Source: Fibrobacteria bacterium
GTDB lineage: Bacteria; Fibrobacterota; Fibrobacteria; UBA5070
Direction: 5' to 3'
DNA: 64,000 nt
NCBI GenBank assembly: GCA_035913415.1
Contig: JAMIIV010000199.1
Span: forward strand, 6,229 to 70,228
The translations under genes and the position numbers were made by a program. Below are positions 61,189 through 64,000 of the stretch, one piece after another (positions within the stretch are counted from its first letter, which is position 1; every line of letters begins with the position of its first letter). Below the pieces are notes generated by a model. The model was not told where the DNA came from. It saw nothing but the letters and a program-made list of their open reading frames with translations, and made no database searches.

Positions 61189-63153
61189 ATGGGCAGGACC
61201 GCAGTGATGCTGATGCTGGGACTGGGGCTCGTGGCCGGGCGGAAAGCCGACGCGGCCGGGTTCCTGCGGGCCCAGGGGAAGTTCATCGGAAACGACACGG
61301 GGCTGGTCCAGTTGCGGGGACTGGGGCTGGGCGGCTGGATGCTCCAGGAAGGCTACATGTTCGGTACCGCCGACTTCGCGGGGACCCAGCACGAGATCCG
61401 GGCGAAGATCGAGTCGGTGGTGGGCCTCGAGAAGACCGATGCGTTCTACCGCGCCTGGCGCAAGAACTTCGTCACGCGCCGGGACATCGACTCGCTGGCC
61501 TCGTGGGGCTTCAATGCGATCCGGCTTCCCATGCACTGGAACCTCTACATGGAGCCGGGAATGCCCGTGCGCTGGAAGGACGAGGGGTTCCAGATGACCG
61601 ACTCGCTCCTGGCCTGGTGCAAGGCCAACCGGATCTGGGTGATCCTCGACCTGCACGCCGCCCCGGGTGGGCAGGGGCACGATCGGAACATCAGCGACGG
61701 CAACCCCGCGGTGCCCTCGTTGTGGGACGACGCCGACAAACGCGCCATGGTCGTGGCGCTGTGGCGGAAACTGGCGGAGCGCTACGCGGGCGAGGAGTGG
61801 ATCGGTGGATACGACCTGCTCAACGAAACCAACTGGGGATTCGAGGGCAAGGCCGAGAACGGGTGCGATGATGTGGTCAATGCGCCCCTGCGCCAATTGC
61901 ACCTGGACATGACGAAGGCCATCCGCGAAGTGGATCGCAACCACCTCCTGTTCGTGGAAGGCAACTGCTGGGGCAACAACCATGCGGGCATGATGCCGCC
62001 GTGGGATTCCAATCTCGCGATCAGTTTTCACAAGTACTGGAACGGCACCGATGCGGGGACGGTGAATCCCTTGTTCCAGATCCGTGACACCTGGAACATT
62101 CCCCTCTGGTGCGGAGAATCGGGCGAGAACGGCAACGAGTGGTTCCGACAGACGATCCGGATGTTCGAAGCGGAGAAGATCGGGTGGTCATGGTGGCCGT
62201 TCAAGAAGATCGAAAGCGTGGTGGGGCCCTTGTCGGTTTCCACCACGGCCGGATGGGATGCGTTTGTTGCCTGGGGCAAAGGCGGACCCAAACCCGATCC
62301 GGACATTTTCGAGAAGGGGCTGATGGAGCTCGCGGACAATCTCCGACTCGAAAAGTGCCGCCGTCAGCCCGACGTGATCGACGCCATGTTCCGGCAGGTG
62401 CGCACTGACACGACCCGGCCCTGGCGGGAGATTCGCGTGCCGGGACAATGGGGCGCCGAGGAATACGATCTGGGTGCCGAAGGCAAGGCGTACCACGACG
62501 CCGCCTCGCTGAACGCCGGAGGAGTGGGCAGCACGAACTGGAACGAAGGGTGGTCGTTCCGCAACGACGGTGTCGACCTGCAGTGGTCGAAGGAGGAGGG
62601 TTCGTGGAACGTGGGTTGGACCGCCTCGGGTGAATGGATCCAATACACGGTCGACGTCGATTCCGCGGCTCGCTACCTGCTCTTGGCGCGCACCTCGGGT
62701 CCGGGCGGACGACTGGATCTCCAGTTGGACGGCAAGCCTCTGGTCGCCTTCCAGACGTCGCCGACCGTGGGCTGGTCGACCTGGTCCGATTCGCGCTCGC
62801 CGGACTTCGCCCTGCCGGCGGGGCGCCACGTCCTGCGGCTGGGATTCCCGGATGGCGGCTTCAATCTGGGGCGCATCGGAATGCCCTTGGCCACACAGGC
62901 GTGCCTGCTCTCCGGCGCCTGTCCCACCTCGATCGGTTCCCGGGATCGGGAACGGCTGGTCGCATGGACGCGCGAAGGTCTGGTCTATTCCGGATCGGGT
63001 TCCTCGGAGATCCTGGTCGTCGAGCCCGCGGGGCGCACCCTGTTTCGAGGACAGATTCCGTCAGGAGCTGTGGTGCCCGGGACGCGATCCTCGCGATCCA
63101 GGATTCTGTTCGTGTCGATCGACGGCCAGACGCGGAGCCTGGTCCGGCCTTGA
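61189..63153 (+). CDS. GH5 glycoside hydrolase (cellulase/mannanase-like) with CBM6/35-like domain and T9SS-CTD-like tail.
   Basis: MGRTAVMLMLGLGLVAGRKADA signal. LLNETNWG (acid/base) and WCGESGENGN (nucleophile). CBM-like SWNVGWTASGEWIQYTVDVDSAARYLLLARTSG. C-terminal EILVVEPAGRTLFRGQIPSGAVVPG...ILFVSIDGQTRSLVRP. Confidence 0.8.
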   Translation: MGRTAVMLMLGLGLVAGRKADAAGFLRAQGKFIGNDTGLVQLRGLGLGGWMLQEGYMFGTADFAGTQHEIRAKIESVVGLEKTDAFYRAWRKNFVTRRDIDSLASWGFNAIRLPMHWNLYMEPGMPVRWKDEGFQMTDSLLAWCKANRIWVILDLHAAPGGQGHDRNISDGNPAVPSLWDDADKRAMVVALWRKLAERYAGEEWIGGYDLLNETNWGFEGKAENGCDDVVNAPLRQLHLDMTKAIREVDRNHLLFVEGNCWGNNHAGMMPPWDSNLAISFHKYWNGTDAGTVNPLFQIRDTWNIPLWCGESGENGNEWFRQTIRMFEAEKIGWSWWPFKKIESVVGPLSVSTTAGWDAFVAWGKGGPKPDPDIFEKGLMELADNLRLEKCRRQPDVIDAMFRQVRTDTTRPWREIRVPGQWGAEEYDLGAEGKAYHDAASLNAGGVGSTNWNEGWSFRNDGVDLQWSKEEGSWNVGWTASGEWIQYTVDVDSAARYLLLARTSGPGGRLDLQLDGKPLVAFQTSPTVGWSTWSDSRSPDFALPAGRHVLRLGFPDGGFNLGRIGMPLATQACLLSGACPTSIGSRDRERLVAWTREGLVYSGSGSSEILVVEPAGRTLFRGQIPSGAVVPGTRSSRSRILFVSIDGQTRSLVRP

Positions 63154-63293
63154 TTTCGCCGCCGCTGCCGCCGTCCCGGGCGGCAGCAGGCGATCCCCCG
63201 GGCCATGGAGTTCAGGACGCGTCGACGACGAAACGCGATCGCGAACGATCTGCCGTTTCCAGGAGGCGCAAGACGACCCATGGCCTGGGGTGT

Positions 63294-63995
63294 TCACCAG
63301 ACTTCGGGCCAGATCCTTCGATAGGATGGCGGAAGGGGCAGGGAGCCAAAACCCAAGGTGTCGAAATACGCTGCCGATCCGCGGAGAAACGGGCCGGGGA
63401 AGGCGTGGATGCTGCTCGAGATCCCCAAGGCATGGAATAGGAATGGTTGGGCGTGAGTGGGGGGCGAGAGGGGACTGCCACAGTCCGAAGCGAGGCAGAG
63501 ACTCCAGGACTCCAGAAGCGCGAGCCACCTGGACAGGGAGGTGGCGAGTCTGGTTTCGGGGTGTTCGGAAACAACCCTGCGGTAGGCTGAAAAGATGTCT
63601 GGGCGTATCCGACCGCGTTCGTCGGCGAGGGGGCTGTTTTCCGATCCCATGAAGAGGATGGGGAGGTCGGTCGCCTGGACCCTTCCCATCCCGAACGGGT
63701 CAGGAAAATCGGGGTGTCGTGTTCGGAGCGCTTCCCATCGTGCGCACTTCCGCCCCAGCCAGAGGAATTCGCCGTGCGCTGTTGGTGGCGTGCTCGCCAA
63801 GCGCACGATCGCGAGGTATTCCTTGAGAGCGGGACTTCCGAAATCCCTGAACACGGAGTCGTACCACGTGGCGGGTGTGGAGATGAAAAATTCTCCCTGG
63901 TCGCCCCAGGTACCGGTGCCGAGTTGCCAAACGTCGCGGACTTCGAACCCGTGATCGCGCAGCCCGGTGAGGATGGCTGCGGTGCGCTGCTCCAT
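63294..63995 (-). CDS. Hypothetical protein; start lies very close to the window edge.
   Basis: 233-aa ORF with no recognisable motifs. Confidence 0.35.
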   Translation of the reverse strand: MEQRTAAILTGLRDHGFEVRDVWQLGTGTWGDQGEFFISTPATWYDSVFRDFGSPALKEYLAIVRLASTPPTAHGEFLWLGRKCARWEALRTRHPDFPDPFGMGRVQATDLPILFMGSENSPLADERGRIRPDIFSAYRRVVSEHPETRLATSLSRWLALLESWSLCLASDCGSPLSPPTHAQPFLFHALGISSSIHAFPGPFLRGSAAYFDTLGFGSLPLPPSYRRIWPEVW

Positions 63996-64000
63996 GTCGG

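Noticed and set aside
54763-61298. Shared FPMNFP peptide at the start of the FISUMP ORF and of the extended GH5 minus ORF (possible duplicated N-terminus)
   Set aside because: The second occurrence lies in the antisense read of GKFIGND within the GH5-2 coding sequence. It is a coincidence, and the real GH5-1 start is MKKIW at 60905.

Overview
High-GC (about 68%) bacterial chromosomal segment. It is densely coded, with many 4-bp start/stop overlaps between adjacent genes. The main loci, in order, are listed below.

- **Possible FCB-group lineage markers:** a Fibrobacter-type TIGR02147/DUF4423 gene cotranscribed with a lipoprotein gene, plus a FISUMP-domain lipoprotein and several T9SS-CTD-like C-termini.
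- **Secreted CBM3-collagen-RCC1 protein and an orphan sufB:** sufB is flanked by two RCC1-like secreted proteins.
- **Efflux operon:** an Rrf2 regulator (3 Cys) sits divergent to a TolC-like / membrane-fusion protein / MacB-like ATPase / 2x FtsX permease operon.
- **Single genes:** HD-GYP phosphodiesterase, metY, DUF1569, SDR-DUF2867, YiaAB, a Met-rich lipoprotein, and a BacNav-type voltage-gated channel with a CavMr-like filter.
- **Urea amidolyase operon:** a complete 7-gene cluster (ABC transporter, two urea-carboxylase-associated proteins, urea carboxylase, allophanate hydrolase). Its substrate-binding-protein gene carries an in-frame TAG.
- **Tail-fibre-like gene and YgiD/DUF2239 pair:** a tail-fibre-like repeat protein, then a YgiD-type extradiol dioxygenase gene 4-bp-overlapped with a DUF2239-like gene.
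- **Complete type I-E CRISPR-Cas:** cas3-cse1-cse2-cas7-cas5-cas6e-cas1-cas2, followed by an array of about 58 repeats (CTGTTCCCCGCACACGCGGGGATGAACCG) at 49715-53210.
- **Downstream of the array:** a standalone DnaQ-like exonuclease, a FISUMP lipoprotein, a small tandem-repeat lipoprotein translationally coupled to a radical SAM/SPASM enzyme, a GntR-PBP regulator, two GH5 glycoside hydrolases with CBM/CTD tails, and a hypothetical CDS at the window edge.

The most novel-looking element is the repetitive [KR]YG-x-P lipoprotein plus SPASM radical SAM pair at 56.2-57.6 kb. The DnaQ-like exonuclease beside the I-E array, the Rrf2-controlled efflux operon and the CavMr-like channel are also worth follow-up. 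No rRNA or tRNA was recognised. Sub-ORF start coordinates were derived by counting residues in the supplied ORF track and may be off by a few nucleotides.
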